Origin: an uncultured Bacilli bacterium
Lineage (GTDB): Bacteria > Bacillota_I > Bacilli_A > RFN20 > CAG-826
Direction of reading: 5' to 3'
NCBI GenBank assembly: GCA_944376605.1
Contig: CALWDE010000007.1
Span: 23,759-87,758 of the forward strand
DNA length: 64,000 bases
Of this stretch, positions 9,049 to 18,625 are shown piece after piece. The translations under genes and the position numbers were made by a program. Positions within the stretch are counted from its first letter, which is position 1, and each line of letters begins with the position of its first letter. A model generated the notes under the pieces. It saw only the letters and a list, made by a program, of their open reading frames with translations, did not search any database and was not told the DNA's origin.

Positions 9049-10792
9049 TCCCTGCTCCTAATTTTCGAACATAGCGTTCATATGCATGGTAAAGACTTTC
9101 ATTACAGTCTTTTATTGTCTCAATAGGGAGACGGCATATCTCTCTTTTTTCATCCAGCAATCCATTCTTCTCTCTTTCTACATCCGCAAGCTGAGTATAG
9201 ACGCTCATGCATAACCCATATCGCTCAATATAATGCTCCATTTTTTGATACACTTTTTGAAACTGACGAATGAAGCTGCTTTTGGAGAAAGCAATTCGAT
9301 AAAGTGGGCTCCCCCAAGAGAAATAAGAAACTCCACCAAACTCTGTTTCCGCTAAAAGACGATGCGATTCTTTTTTTAAAGATGGGTAGTAGAAATAGTG
9401 ATGGTAACTCTTAATGTCTCCGCTCTTTTTATCAAACCAGCCAGAGGCAGATTCAATAAGACAGTTATTTAGAAAACGCTCCGCTTTATGCGTAAGGCGA
9501 AGGGTGTCGAATTGACCCCACCCTTCATTAAAAAGACTAACAATTAAAATGACGCCATAATGATGAATGGAATTTAAAATAGAAGTCATTTCTTTTTCAA
9601 AATAAGCTCTGCCAGAAGCTTCTTTTCTCCCAAGTCGAGCATTTGCAACATCGGAAGTATCAAAACCAAATAACCCCAAAGGTCCAACCCACAAAGGAGA
9701 ATACTTATCTCCTCCAGCAGGGATATCTTGCATAACAATTAAACCTAAGAGCATCGCGTAGTAATAATAAAGAGGCTGTTCCACTTTCTGATGAAGACGA
9801 ACCCCGCAAAACCCCGCTCTTTTTGCAAATATTAAATCCTGAAGTATCGTTTCTTTTCGTGAAGTTAGCCCTTCCTTTTCGTGATACCCTTGGTCTAAAA
9901 GAAGAGAAAAATAAGTAGGAGAATCATTGAAAAAGAGAATAGGATTTCCTCCGATTTCTTTCATCGCTATTTTTCGAAAAATAAAACAAGTTTCTACCTC
10001 ATCTGTTCCGCATGTGATTTTTAAAGTGTAATAAGAAGGAGAAGAAGGGGACCAAGGATAAAAATCATAATGCAAGTCTAAAGTGGCGAAGTAGCCTTCT
10101 CCTAAGGCAGATTCTCCCACTTTTCTTCCTTCAAAAAAGCATTCCACTTTTTGAACATCGTCTTGTTCTAATTCCCCTTCTACTTCTAAAAATAAACTTA
10201 AAGAACGTGTCTCATAAGAAGGGAGAACATGAAGTTCTTTAATGTAGGGGCCATTAGGAAGACGTTCGATATAAACACTTTGATAGATGCCAGAGGTTTC
10301 TTGATAACGAATCATGTTAGGATTCTTACTTTGCTTTCCGTGGACATAGCGGGGGCTTGTGACGTCATCTTGGACAATTACTTCTAAAATGTTTCTTCTT
10401 CCAAGGGCAGGAATATAAACGGAAAAAGGTTCATATCCCCCTTCATGATGACCTATTTTAATGCCGTCCCAATAAATATCCGCGACTTGATCTACCGCAA
10501 GGAAATGGAGTAAAGCAGGATTACCAATAAATTCTTTGGGAGAGAGAACTTCTTTTCGATAACATAAAAAGAATTCTTTTCCCTGTAAATTTTTAGACAA
10601 AAGTGAGGCGGCAGTTTCTACGCTAAAAGGGACGCGAATTTTTTGCGAATAAATTTGTGAGGGTTGATTTGTCTTAGAAAAAGTAACTCGCCATTCTCCA
10701 TCTAAAGAAAAAACATTTTTTCTTGCGAAGAAGGGATTAGGAGAAACTTCCTTTTCTAAAAGTCTTTTGCTCATCTCATCTTCAAAAAGCAT
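9041..10792 (-). CDS. glycoside hydrolase family 2-like enzyme (beta-glucuronidase/beta-galactosidase type), cytoplasmic
   Basis: GH2 sugar-binding-domain pattern (F-AV-W-G-H-GGY-PF, SGIYQSVYIE). Candidate acid/base NE (LFNEGWG) and nucleophile (AETEFGG). No signal peptide. Confidence 0.55.
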   Translation of the reverse strand: MLFEDEMSKRLLEKEVSPNPFFARKNVFSLDGEWRVTFSKTNQPSQIYSQKIRVPFSVETAASLLSKNLQGKEFFLCYRKEVLSPKEFIGNPALLHFLAVDQVADIYWDGIKIGHHEGGYEPFSVYIPALGRRNILEVIVQDDVTSPRYVHGKQSKNPNMIRYQETSGIYQSVYIERLPNGPYIKELHVLPSYETRSLSLFLEVEGELEQDDVQKVECFFEGRKVGESALGEGYFATLDLHYDFYPWSPSSPSYYTLKITCGTDEVETCFIFRKIAMKEIGGNPILFFNDSPTYFSLLLDQGYHEKEGLTSRKETILQDLIFAKRAGFCGVRLHQKVEQPLYYYYAMLLGLIVMQDIPAGGDKYSPLWVGPLGLFGFDTSDVANARLGRKEASGRAYFEKEMTSILNSIHHYGVILIVSLFNEGWGQFDTLRLTHKAERFLNNCLIESASGWFDKKSGDIKSYHHYFYYPSLKKESHRLLAETEFGGVSYFSWGSPLYRIAFSKSSFIRQFQKVYQKMEHYIERYGLCMSVYTQLADVEREKNGLLDEKREICRLPIETIKDCNESLYHAYERYVRKLGAGND

Positions 10793-10835
10793 GCATTAAT
10801 GTTAACAAACTAAATTACTAAGGCTAGTATTTCTC

Positions 10836-12023
10836 ATGCTTATGAATCGAAAAAAGACAATTTCTAATTATCTAACCTCCCATCATTATGGAGGATACTT
10901 ATGGATAGATTACGAAGGGAAGCACCCTTTGGTCCCTCTTCTTTTCCCTCACGCTCATCTTACAAGAAAACTTTTTGGTCTCTTTTTACCAAACGGAAAA
11001 CTTATTGTACTTGCGCAAGAGCTTGATGCGCTTCTTTTAAAAGAGGAACAAAACTCTGATGTAATTCTTGAAACTTATTTAACTTGGCAAGAGATGAAGA
11101 ATAAACTTGCTGCCCTTCTTTCCTCAATCTCTTCTCCTATCCTCATGGACTATAGTGAGGATGGTTTGCTTATGCCAGTTAGCCTAGCAGACTATGGCAC
11201 AGTATCCTTTGTCAAAAAACTAGGACATGAAGTTTCCTCTTCCTCTTCTTTATTAGGCCTACTTTCTTCGTGCATTGAAGAAAATGAATTTCTTGATCAA
11301 AGAAGAACCGCAAATTTGCTTTTACAGATTAAAGATGAAGCTTTTGAACTTATTCGCCAGAAAGTTATAAATCACGAACCTATCACAGAATATGATGTGC
11401 AAAGTTATATTGTTTCCCGTTTTGAAAAAGAACATCTTGTTTATGATGAGGCTCCTATTGTCGCAACAGGAAAGAATGCACGAAGTCCTCATTATTCTCC
11501 CACTAAAATTGTTTCCTCTCCATTAGAAAAAGGAGATTTAGTCCTAATTGATATGTGGGCAAAATCGAGTAAAACACACGCGGTTTACGGGGATATTACA
11601 TGGATGGCATATATTGGAAGCACTTTACCTAATACTATTGAGAAGCGTTTTTCTTTGATTCGTCATGCCGCAGATGCCTGTTTTGCTTTCATTAAAGAGT
11701 GCTACGGAACTAGGCCAATATATGGCTATGAGGCAGATGAGGTTACTAGAAGAGTTATTGAAGAGGGAGGATATGGAAAATATTTCTCTCATCGTACTGG
11801 ACACTCTATCGCCTATGATGAAGGACCTCATGGAAAAGGTACTAATTTAGACAATTTTGAAACGCACGACGACCGGGAATTACTAAACGGAACTTCTTTC
11901 TCAATTGAGCCAGGAATTTACGCAGAAGATTTTGGAATGCGCCTTGAAACGGATGTTGCCATTCATAATCATGTTCCAGAAATCATTGCAGGAAGACAGG
12001 ATAAAATAATTCTTCTTGATTAA
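10836..12023 (+). CDS. M24-family Xaa-Pro peptidase (PepQ/PepP-like)
   Basis: HRTGHSIAYDEGPHG metal-binding motif. EPGIY. Creatinase/prolidase N-domain. Confidence 0.75.
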   Translation: MLMNRKKTISNYLTSHHYGGYLWIDYEGKHPLVPLLFPHAHLTRKLFGLFLPNGKLIVLAQELDALLLKEEQNSDVILETYLTWQEMKNKLAALLSSISSPILMDYSEDGLLMPVSLADYGTVSFVKKLGHEVSSSSSLLGLLSSCIEENEFLDQRRTANLLLQIKDEAFELIRQKVINHEPITEYDVQSYIVSRFEKEHLVYDEAPIVATGKNARSPHYSPTKIVSSPLEKGDLVLIDMWAKSSKTHAVYGDITWMAYIGSTLPNTIEKRFSLIRHAADACFAFIKECYGTRPIYGYEADEVTRRVIEEGGYGKYFSHRTGHSIAYDEGPHGKGTNLDNFETHDDRELLNGTSFSIEPGIYAEDFGMRLETDVAIHNHVPEIIAGRQDKIILLD

Positions 12024-12054
12024 AAAACGCGGCGATTATGCCGCGCTTTTCTTT
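12022..12054. terminator. bidirectional intrinsic terminator between convergent genes
   Basis: CGCGGC-gattat-GCCGCG hairpin (12028-12045), flanked by A6 upstream and a T-rich run downstream. Confidence 0.6.
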
Positions 12055-12060
12055 ATTGTT

Positions 12061-13284
12061 TTAGAGTAAAGTTTCACACCACTTTGCAAATTCTTCCTTC
12101 GCACTTTCATCCATTTGGAAATTCGCGCGGAAGGGAGGAATCACTTTTGCTTTTAGCTGCTTCAAGCGTTCGGTTAGATGAATGACCGCTTCTCCGCTCC
12201 AGCCATAATCACCAAAGGCGCCAGATTTCTTCCCCATAAGTTTTGTATAAGGAAGCGCCATAAGGATGTCATAGAAAAACACAATCGCATCACCAACAAG
12301 AGTAGGGCTACCAAGATAAAAAGCGCCAGAATGCAAAATATCTTTCAAAATAAGAGGCTTTTCTTCTTGATAATTTAAAGCATCAATAAGGTGATAATGT
12401 ACCTTCTTTCCGTGCTTTTCGAGGAATTCTTTGATCTTTAAGGCCATATCTTTTGTATATCCATAGGCAGAAGCGGCTACAATGGTAACTTCATTAGGAT
12501 CATTATGAGGTAATCCTTCTTCTGCTAAATGACGATATAAATCAATTTGAGCTTGCGGATTCTGATCCACAACAGGGCCATGTCCTGGAAGAATCATATC
12601 AATATCAAGCTTAGAAACAGTATCACAAGCCTTAATGACAAAGCTTGGGAAAGGACCCATGATGTTATCAAAGTAATACTTTAAGGCATCATAGTAACCT
12701 TCTTTGTCTTCTTCTTTGGATAAAAGGATAGCATCAGAAGCAAAATGCGCTCCAAAAGCGTCGCAAGAGACTAAAGTTTTTAATTCATGGATATAAGTAA
12801 ACATGACATCCGGCCAATGAAGATTTATGCCAGAAATAAAGGAGAATGTGTATTCTCCAATTTTCATGTCCTTACCAGGAGTCATAGGGATTTTCTCAAA
12901 GTCTTTTCTGGTAATTTTTGTAAGATTCATCAAAGCTGTAGAAGAAGCAACAACCTTTAAAGAAGGGTTTTTCTCAAGCAAAAGATGAATCGCACCAGAA
13001 TGATCAGGTTCGGTATGAGTAACAAATAAGTACTTAATGGAAGATAAAGGAGCAATCTCCTCAATATGTTCTAACTGTTCTTCCCCAAAAGCTTCCTTGC
13101 TTCCTTCAAAGACAATATTTCCTTCCTCTGTCTTTAATAAATACGAATTATAGGAAGTGCCATACTTTGTCAAAATTGCTACGTCGAACACTTTTAAAGC
13201 GTGGTCAATAACTCCAACATAATAGAGATTTTTCTTTAATTCAACTACTGCCATATACTCTTTCTCCCGCGGCGAATTATACAC
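12061..13284 (-). CDS. flavodiiron protein (FprA / type A flavoprotein; metallo-beta-lactamase-like + flavodoxin domains)
   Basis: HTEPDHSG (H-x-E-x-D-H diiron site) in a beta-lactamase-like fold. C-terminal flavodoxin domain (GAFYLGSPT). Confidence 0.75.
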   Translation of the reverse strand: MYNSPREKEYMAVVELKKNLYYVGVIDHALKVFDVAILTKYGTSYNSYLLKTEEGNIVFEGSKEAFGEEQLEHIEEIAPLSSIKYLFVTHTEPDHSGAIHLLLEKNPSLKVVASSTALMNLTKITRKDFEKIPMTPGKDMKIGEYTFSFISGINLHWPDVMFTYIHELKTLVSCDAFGAHFASDAILLSKEEDKEGYYDALKYYFDNIMGPFPSFVIKACDTVSKLDIDMILPGHGPVVDQNPQAQIDLYRHLAEEGLPHNDPNEVTIVAASAYGYTKDMALKIKEFLEKHGKKVHYHLIDALNYQEEKPLILKDILHSGAFYLGSPTLVGDAIVFFYDILMALPYTKLMGKKSGAFGDYGWSGEAVIHLTERLKQLKAKVIPPFRANFQMDESAKEEFAKWCETLL

Positions 13285-13315
13285 ATAGCGAAAAGAGATT
13301 TCTTTCTTTATTGTA

Positions 13316-13342
13316 AGAAAAAAAGAGGGCTCCCGCCCTCTT
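13316..13342 (-). terminator. intrinsic terminator of hsp20
   Basis: AGAGGGC-tccc-GCCCTCT hairpin (13324-13341) followed on the minus strand by a U7 run. Confidence 0.6.
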
Positions 13343-13360
13343 AGAAGAAAGATGCCTTGT

Positions 13361-13792
13361 TTATTCGATGGCGATAAGGTGTTCTTGTTCTTTTTCTTTT
13401 CTTCCGTTTGGGAAGCTTAAGCTAAGAATACCGTCTTTAAAGGAAGCTTTAATGGCAGTCTCATCAATATCACCTACATAGAAGGAACGAGAAGTGGAAC
13501 CGTAGAAACGCTCTCTACGAACCACGTGCTTATTTTCCTTTTCTTCCATAGGCGCTTCTTTACGAGAAGCTTTAATGGTGAGATAGCCGTCTTTAAAGGA
13601 AATATTAATATCTTCCTTTTTAAAGCCAGGAAGCTCTACTTCCATAATATAAGAATCGTTTTCTAAGCGAATATCTGTAGGCATCGAGAAGTCTTTGGCA
13701 TAATCTGAGTCATCAAAGAAATCAGGCGCAAAGAAGTCTAATAAGGGATCTCTAAGTTCGTTATTTGCAATGTTGCTAAGGATAAATTTCAT
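13361..13792 (-). CDS. Hsp20/alpha-crystallin small heat-shock protein
   Basis: ACD-domain pattern (MEVELPGFKKEDINISFKDGYLTIKA ... FKDGILSLSFP). GGAGGT RBS. Confidence 0.85.
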   Translation of the reverse strand: MKFILSNIANNELRDPLLDFFAPDFFDDSDYAKDFSMPTDIRLENDSYIMEVELPGFKKEDINISFKDGYLTIKASRKEAPMEEKENKHVVRRERFYGSTSRSFYVGDIDETAIKASFKDGILSLSFPNGRKEKEQEHLIAIE

Positions 13793-13819
13793 AAGAATGT
13801 ACCTCCTACATCTTTTGTT

Positions 13820-13846
13820 TTAGCAATCTCATCTCCTGATTGCTAA
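13820..13846. promoter_or_regulatory. CIRCE-like operator 1 (TTAGCAATC-N9-GATTGCTAA), between the -10 and RBS of hsp20
   Basis: Perfect 9-bp inverted repeat with a 9-nt spacer. The outer hexamers match the HrcA CIRCE (TTAGCAnnn-N9-nnnTGCTAA). Confidence 0.55.
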
Positions 13847-13850
13847 CCAT

Positions 13851-13892
13851 AGTGTAATCCTATTTTTAGCAGTGTCAACACCTCTCTGCTAA
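13851..13892 (-). promoter_or_regulatory. hsp20 promoter (TTGACA-16-TACACT) overlapped by CIRCE-like operator 2 (TTAGCAGAG-N9-CACTGCTAA)
   Basis: The -35 TTGACA (complement of 13873-13878) lies inside the right arm of an 8/9 inverted repeat (13866-13892). The same TTGACACTGCTAAA string occurs at the clpB promoter. Confidence 0.5.
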
Positions 13893-13935
13893 AAAATTAT
13901 TATTTTTCTATTTCCTTAGCGTTCATCAACACTTT

Positions 13936-14229
13936 TCATGAAAGATAACAAAGAATCTCTTCTTTTTTATAGGAATAGAAAGGCGAAATATACCAGTAAT
14001 GACGCGAATCAGAAGCAAGGCATTTCCCTACCTCTTGTTCTAAAGTTGCGATTAAACAGTTCGCTGCTTCTTCCTTCTCACCTTCTTTTGCAAGCTGGTA
14101 ACTTCTTCTGACCTCTTCTCCAATTTTAGGCAGAGAAAAGTTCCCTCCTCCCTCTAAATATAAGGTAAGACTTTCTTTTACTAATGCTAAACAGTACAGC
14201 ATTAAATCATTGCACCCATTATCCACCAT
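13936..14229 (-). CDS. hypothetical 97-aa protein (weak)
   Basis: ORF only. No convincing RBS and no recognisable motif. It ends just upstream of the hsp20 promoter. Confidence 0.25.
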   Translation of the reverse strand: MVDNGCNDLMLYCLALVKESLTLYLEGGGNFSLPKIGEEVRRSYQLAKEGEKEEAANCLIATLEQEVGKCLASDSRHYWYISPFYSYKKEEILCYLS

Positions 14230-14244
14230 ACTTAGATATAGGGG

Positions 14245-14275
14245 GTAAAAGAAAAGGAGGCCCTTAGCCTCCTCA
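14245..14275 (-). terminator. intrinsic terminator after the 155-aa membrane protein gene
   Basis: AGGAGGC-cctta-GCCTCCT hairpin (14255-14273) with T/A-rich flanks on both sides. Confidence 0.5.
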
Positions 14276-14288
14276 ATCTTTTTACTAT

Positions 14289-14756
14289 TTACTTATTTTT
14301 TCCAAATAAACCGATAGCACCAGGAACAAGGCATAAGACCGCAGTAACTAGAGACGCAGCCCCTGAAGCAATAAAGCCCCAGCCAAGTGATAAGGTTGGA
14401 TCGGTGATGAAGGAACCCACTAAATTTAAACTAAGGAAGAATAAGACTCCAGGAACAAGGAAGAGAATTCCGGAAACAAAATAAAGGAACCCTGCAAATT
14501 TCTTTCCGCCTTTCCCAAAGCTTAAAGCAACCGATAACACTAAGAATAAAGAAGCAATGAGAAGTAAAACAAAGCAGGCAATCATGGCAGAGTTTGCTTC
14601 TGCATGATGTGCTTGATTCCCAAAGATGAAATCATAGCAGTAGAAGTATTCACCCATAGCATTGGTGAAGCCTTGCCCAATAAGAAGTAAGAAGGTAGCG
14701 ATTACGCCTAGTAGAGCGCTAAATCCGCAAGCAATGTAAATTGTATTTTTCTTCAT
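14289..14756 (-). CDS. small integral membrane protein (4 predicted TM)
   Basis: Hydrophobic segments throughout. No known motif. Confidence 0.5.
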   Translation of the reverse strand: MKKNTIYIACGFSALLGVIATFLLLIGQGFTNAMGEYFYCYDFIFGNQAHHAEANSAMIACFVLLLIASLFLVLSVALSFGKGGKKFAGFLYFVSGILFLVPGVLFFLSLNLVGSFITDPTLSLGWGFIASGAASLVTAVLCLVPGAIGLFGKNK

Positions 14757-14815
14757 AAAGAACCTTTCTAGCGTGAGTTATCTTAGATAAGTAAGCCTTA
14801 TCTATCAAGGCAAAA

Positions 14816-16429
14816 TCATTGATAAAGAATTGTTATAACTGCTTCCTCCCCAAGTGAATCAACACGAATTACAGGTAAATCTGAAATAGAACTGCCATCA
14901 TTAGTGTATCCATTATTCCCCATAGGGAATTGCGAGCAATGGATACTAGGATCAAAAGAGTCTCCAGCATAGAAGAGGTCTTCCTCTGTTTGCATGTTAT
15001 ACCTTTCACCAAAAGGAATATTTCTAGAACTAATAAAGGTTAATTGGCGGAAAGAGCTGGTATCAAAACTATCTGCCCAATCAAAGTCTGAATACATTTG
15101 TTGTATGTTATAACCTTGGCTATTGGAGAAGGCTAACATTTGGTTCGTGATAACAGTAGAGCCTTCTTCTACATAGGAATCCCCTAACTCTAATAAATCA
15201 TCAATATAAGAGAAGGAGTAAGAGTAACGGCCAAAGATACTCATGGTAACTTCAGCCTGAACAATTCTAGAATCAACATGCCAAATACGAATTCCGCTTT
15301 GATTCATCGCTGGCACATCATTGCTATAAGTTTCTTCTGCATCTTTCTCGTTTAAATTAGAAGGAGTATAATATTCCACCATTAAAAACTCATCAAAAGC
15401 CGTCCCGTTATAGCCATTTGGCATGGGAATAACTAAAGCATCACCAGTTTCTGCAAAAGAACCAAGCTTAATTGTTTTTGAGGTGTTATTTGCCATTTGA
15501 GGAGAAATCCATCCTAAGGCAAATTTCGTCCAAGCGTTATGATCGATGATGTTGTTATCCATCATATCTACCGCTCCAGCAGGAGAGACAGGAGGGTACT
15601 CTCCAGAAGCATCATAATAATCTGGAAGGCCTAATAAGTGACCTGTTTCATGAATATAGGTATGCGCGTCAATGTCAGTATCTCCATAGCCTTCATCCAT
15701 AAAATCCCAAGAAGCCCAAGAAAAACTCATTGGCTCTGGATTATATGTATTCGGCGTATTGAAATCCCAGTAAGTATATGCCCAGTTATTATCGGTGATG
15801 TTATAAGGGTCATGAGTGTAATTATGCCCAGAATAAACCACCCACACCGCATCAATAAAGCCATCATCATCCTGATCAAAATCATTGGTATCAAGTCTTC
15901 CAACATTGACCCAGTAATTAATAGCCTCTTCCATCACTCTAACCGCGCCTTCTGCAGTACCGGGAGAACTATTCATTCTGGCAATTTGTGTAGAAGTGTA
16001 ACCAGAGTCGTACCAAGGCATTACTTCCCCAACAAGATGAAGCTGCCCATAAGAACTTTTTTCATAAAAGGAAGAAACAGATTCCCAAGAGGTATCAGAA
16101 CTATCACCAAAGAAACAAGATTCTAAACGTGAAAGAAGTGTCTGTTGTTCACTGCTAGATAAATCAAAATCAGTTTGAATGATTGGCAAAACTAAAATGC
16201 TGCGTGTTCCGCGGGAAGATAAAGTTGCTTGGTATAACCCATCTCCTCCATTGCGGTTAACATCTTCATAGTCATAAGGAGTAGAGATTCTGCCATATTT
16301 ATCCGTAGTTTCTCCCGATGTAGAAATAGAAGAAAGCGTAGAGGAAGCGCCATGCCCAAAGGAAAAATCACAAGAGGATAAAACAAGAGCGGCGCAAAAA
16401 ATCCCTGCAAAAACGAAACCTTTTTTCAT
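14816..16429 (-). CDS. M6/InhA-like zinc-metalloprotease lipoprotein
   Basis: Lipobox VLSSC. HETGHLLGLPDYYD matches the M6 (immune inhibitor A) HExxHxxGxxD zinc motif. Paralog of 26921-28945. Sits 4 nt downstream of the preceding membrane-protein gene. Confidence 0.6.
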   Translation of the reverse strand: MKKGFVFAGIFCAALVLSSCDFSFGHGASSTLSSISTSGETTDKYGRISTPYDYEDVNRNGGDGLYQATLSSRGTRSILVLPIIQTDFDLSSSEQQTLLSRLESCFFGDSSDTSWESVSSFYEKSSYGQLHLVGEVMPWYDSGYTSTQIARMNSSPGTAEGAVRVMEEAINYWVNVGRLDTNDFDQDDDGFIDAVWVVYSGHNYTHDPYNITDNNWAYTYWDFNTPNTYNPEPMSFSWASWDFMDEGYGDTDIDAHTYIHETGHLLGLPDYYDASGEYPPVSPAGAVDMMDNNIIDHNAWTKFALGWISPQMANNTSKTIKLGSFAETGDALVIPMPNGYNGTAFDEFLMVEYYTPSNLNEKDAEETYSNDVPAMNQSGIRIWHVDSRIVQAEVTMSIFGRYSYSFSYIDDLLELGDSYVEEGSTVITNQMLAFSNSQGYNIQQMYSDFDWADSFDTSSFRQLTFISSRNIPFGERYNMQTEEDLFYAGDSFDPSIHCSQFPMGNNGYTNDGSSISDLPVIRVDSLGEEAVITILYQ

Positions 16430-16433
16430 ATTT

Positions 16434-17150
16434 TTATTTTAAATTCGCAGTAATGTCTCCAACAGGATTGCCGAATTCATCTAATTGAATCGGATGAGGA
16501 TCGTAGTCAGATAAAGTAGAAATAGATGTAGCAAGAACGGATTCTAGCAAGATAAATAAACCAGCAAGTAAGCCGAGCCAGAACACGGTATCACCGATAT
16601 GCTCATAGGAATCTAAAATGGAATACGAGAAACAGACAGCAAGGAAGAGGAAAACAATCGAGCATCCATTGATTGTTTTAAATTTCCAGTCAGCATCGCC
16701 GTTTAATGCCTTAAAGATATAAGAGAAGATAGAGAGGAATGTGCACACACTGCATACGGCATAAAAGATACCTGAAGTGGTTCCTTCGCTCCCCTTTTCA
16801 AAAGCGACAATCGTCAAAGTAAGGCAATAAGCAAATACACTAATTCCGTGCAAGAGGACAAGTAAAACATGACTCGCTTTCTTACGGTAGAGCAAATCAA
16901 AGAATGTGAATAAAGAAAGGAAGAAAGCGATTGCCATAAACGTATGGAACGTATTAGGCTCCGCCATATAAGTCACCTCGCTAAAATCCATATTCCAGAC
17001 TGCAATCCAGTACAAACCGGTAAGCACAACCATTCCTAAAGCGAAAACTGCAAGGAAGGAAAAAGATGGAACGTACTCTTTTCCGTTTGGAAAACGGATT
17101 GTTAAATGCTTCTTAATGAAGGACAAAGCTTTATGAACATATTTCATCAT
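16434..17150 (-). CDS. polytopic membrane protein, translationally coupled to oppF (ATGA overlap)
   Basis: Six or more hydrophobic helices. No known motif. Confidence 0.5.
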   Translation of the reverse strand: MMKYVHKALSFIKKHLTIRFPNGKEYVPSFSFLAVFALGMVVLTGLYWIAVWNMDFSEVTYMAEPNTFHTFMAIAFFLSLFTFFDLLYRKKASHVLLVLLHGISVFAYCLTLTIVAFEKGSEGTTSGIFYAVCSVCTFLSIFSYIFKALNGDADWKFKTINGCSIVFLFLAVCFSYSILDSYEHIGDTVFWLGLLAGLFILLESVLATSISTLSDYDPHPIQLDEFGNPVGDITANLK

Positions 17151-18625
17151 GCTGCTTTTGCTCCTTTCTTCGCATCAAGAATGCGAATTTCTTCTTCATA
17201 TTTTTTCATCTCTTCGCTATTGGCGAGGACAAAGTGTCCAGGACGAATTTCTTGAAGAGATGGTTTCTCTTTGGAGTAATCATGCACCTCAGAAGGGTTA
17301 TACACTTTTCTTACTCTCTTTTTCTCACCGCGTGGATTTGGCTTTGGAATAGCAGAAAGCAAGGCTTTTGTATAAGGATGAAGAGGATGCGCAAAAAGTT
17401 CATCCGAAGTGGCAAGCTCGACAATCGAACCAAAATACATAACCGCGATACGGTCACAGAAATATTTCACAACGGATAAATCGTGCGCAATAAAGAGCAT
17501 AGTTAAACCCATTTCCTCTTTTACGTCGTTTAACAAATTCAAAATCTGTGCACGAATGGAAACGTCTAAAGCAGAAATTGGTTCATCACAAATGAGGAAT
17601 TTTGGATTCATGATAAGGGCTCTTGCAATACCAATTCTTTGTCTTTGCCCACCCGAGAATTCATGAGGATAACGAGAAGCATATTCTGGAATAAGACCAA
17701 CTTTTTCGAGCATATCAATGCACTTTTTGTGGTTTTCTTCCTTGTTATGCTGATGCTGAATTTTTAACCCTTCTTGAATAATATCTTCCACCGTCATACG
17801 AGGATCTAAAGAATCCACAGGGTCTTGGAAAATCATTTGGATTTCTGTGCTTAAAGCGCGGTCACGATGACTATCATCATAACGAATCTGCTTAATTTGT
17901 TCTTTTTGCTCAGCAACATGCGCCTTTAAGTCGGTTTTAATCTGTTCAATCTTTTCTAAATATTTTTGCTTAATCGCTTCTACATCGCCTTTTCGGGCAG
18001 TGAGCAAGGCATCTCTTTTTGTTTCTAAATCATGAATACGAGAAAGATGTTCTTTACGAACTTGTTCAATGGCAGGAGCGGTTGCATCATCGGATTGATT
18101 AAATTCCGAGATTTCTTGCTCCATATCTCTTTCTTCACGAATGATAAGAGCTTCGACCTCTTCTGGACTATCTCCCCCATTTTTGACAGTGGTGATAGCT
18201 AAATTCATTTCTCTACGTAAAGCAGCAATTTTTTCTGCTGCATGGATCTTGCTCCACTTAATTTCTTTTTCATTCCAGCGGGAACCTGCAGCAATTCTGA
18301 TCCCTTTATAGTAAATGGAGCCAGAAGTGATGTCATAAAGATTAATAATGCAGCGTCCAGTAGTGGTTTTTCCGCATCCTGACTCACCAACAAGACCAAA
18401 GCATTCCCCTTCTTTTACATCAAAAGAAATATCATGAACTGCTTTCGTTTTATATCCGCCACCCATATCAAAGAACTGCTTTAAATGGCGAACAGAAAGA
18501 ATGGTTCTACTTTCAGCAAGTTCAGGGCGATAAGTAACTTTAGGATCACTAGGAGGATCCCAAGGTTCTAAGGCAGGAAGAGCTTTCTCTTCCTTTTCTT
18601 TATGAAGATTCACATCTTTACTCAT
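17147..18625 (-). CDS. oppF: oligopeptide ABC transporter ATP-binding protein OppF, with a ~150-aa coiled-coil insertion
   Basis: Walker A GESGCGKTT. Signature FSGGQRQRIGIARAL. Walker B ICDEP. An inserted K/E-rich helical segment lies between Walker A and the signature motif. Confidence 0.85.
   Translation of the reverse strand: MSKDVNLHKEKEEKALPALEPWDPPSDPKVTYRPELAESRTILSVRHLKQFFDMGGGYKTKAVHDISFDVKEGECFGLVGESGCGKTTTGRCIINLYDITSGSIYYKGIRIAAGSRWNEKEIKWSKIHAAEKIAALRREMNLAITTVKNGGDSPEEVEALIIREERDMEQEISEFNQSDDATAPAIEQVRKEHLSRIHDLETKRDALLTARKGDVEAIKQKYLEKIEQIKTDLKAHVAEQKEQIKQIRYDDSHRDRALSTEIQMIFQDPVDSLDPRMTVEDIIQEGLKIQHQHNKEENHKKCIDMLEKVGLIPEYASRYPHEFSGGQRQRIGIARALIMNPKFLICDEPISALDVSIRAQILNLLNDVKEEMGLTMLFIAHDLSVVKYFCDRIAVMYFGSIVELATSDELFAHPLHPYTKALLSAIPKPNPRGEKKRVRKVYNPSEVHDYSKEKPSLQEIRPGHFVLANSEEMKKYEEEIRILDAKKGAKAA

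Noticed and set aside
15638-16126. 162-aa plus-strand ORF antisense inside the M6-like protease gene. Similar antisense ORFs exist at 24637-25062, 40236-40634, 42178-42537 and 27602-28006.
   Set aside because: Each lies entirely within a long, motif-supported gene on the opposite strand. Their low-complexity Ala/Val/Ile-rich composition is what the antisense of Thr/Ser/Asn-rich codons produces. None has an RBS.
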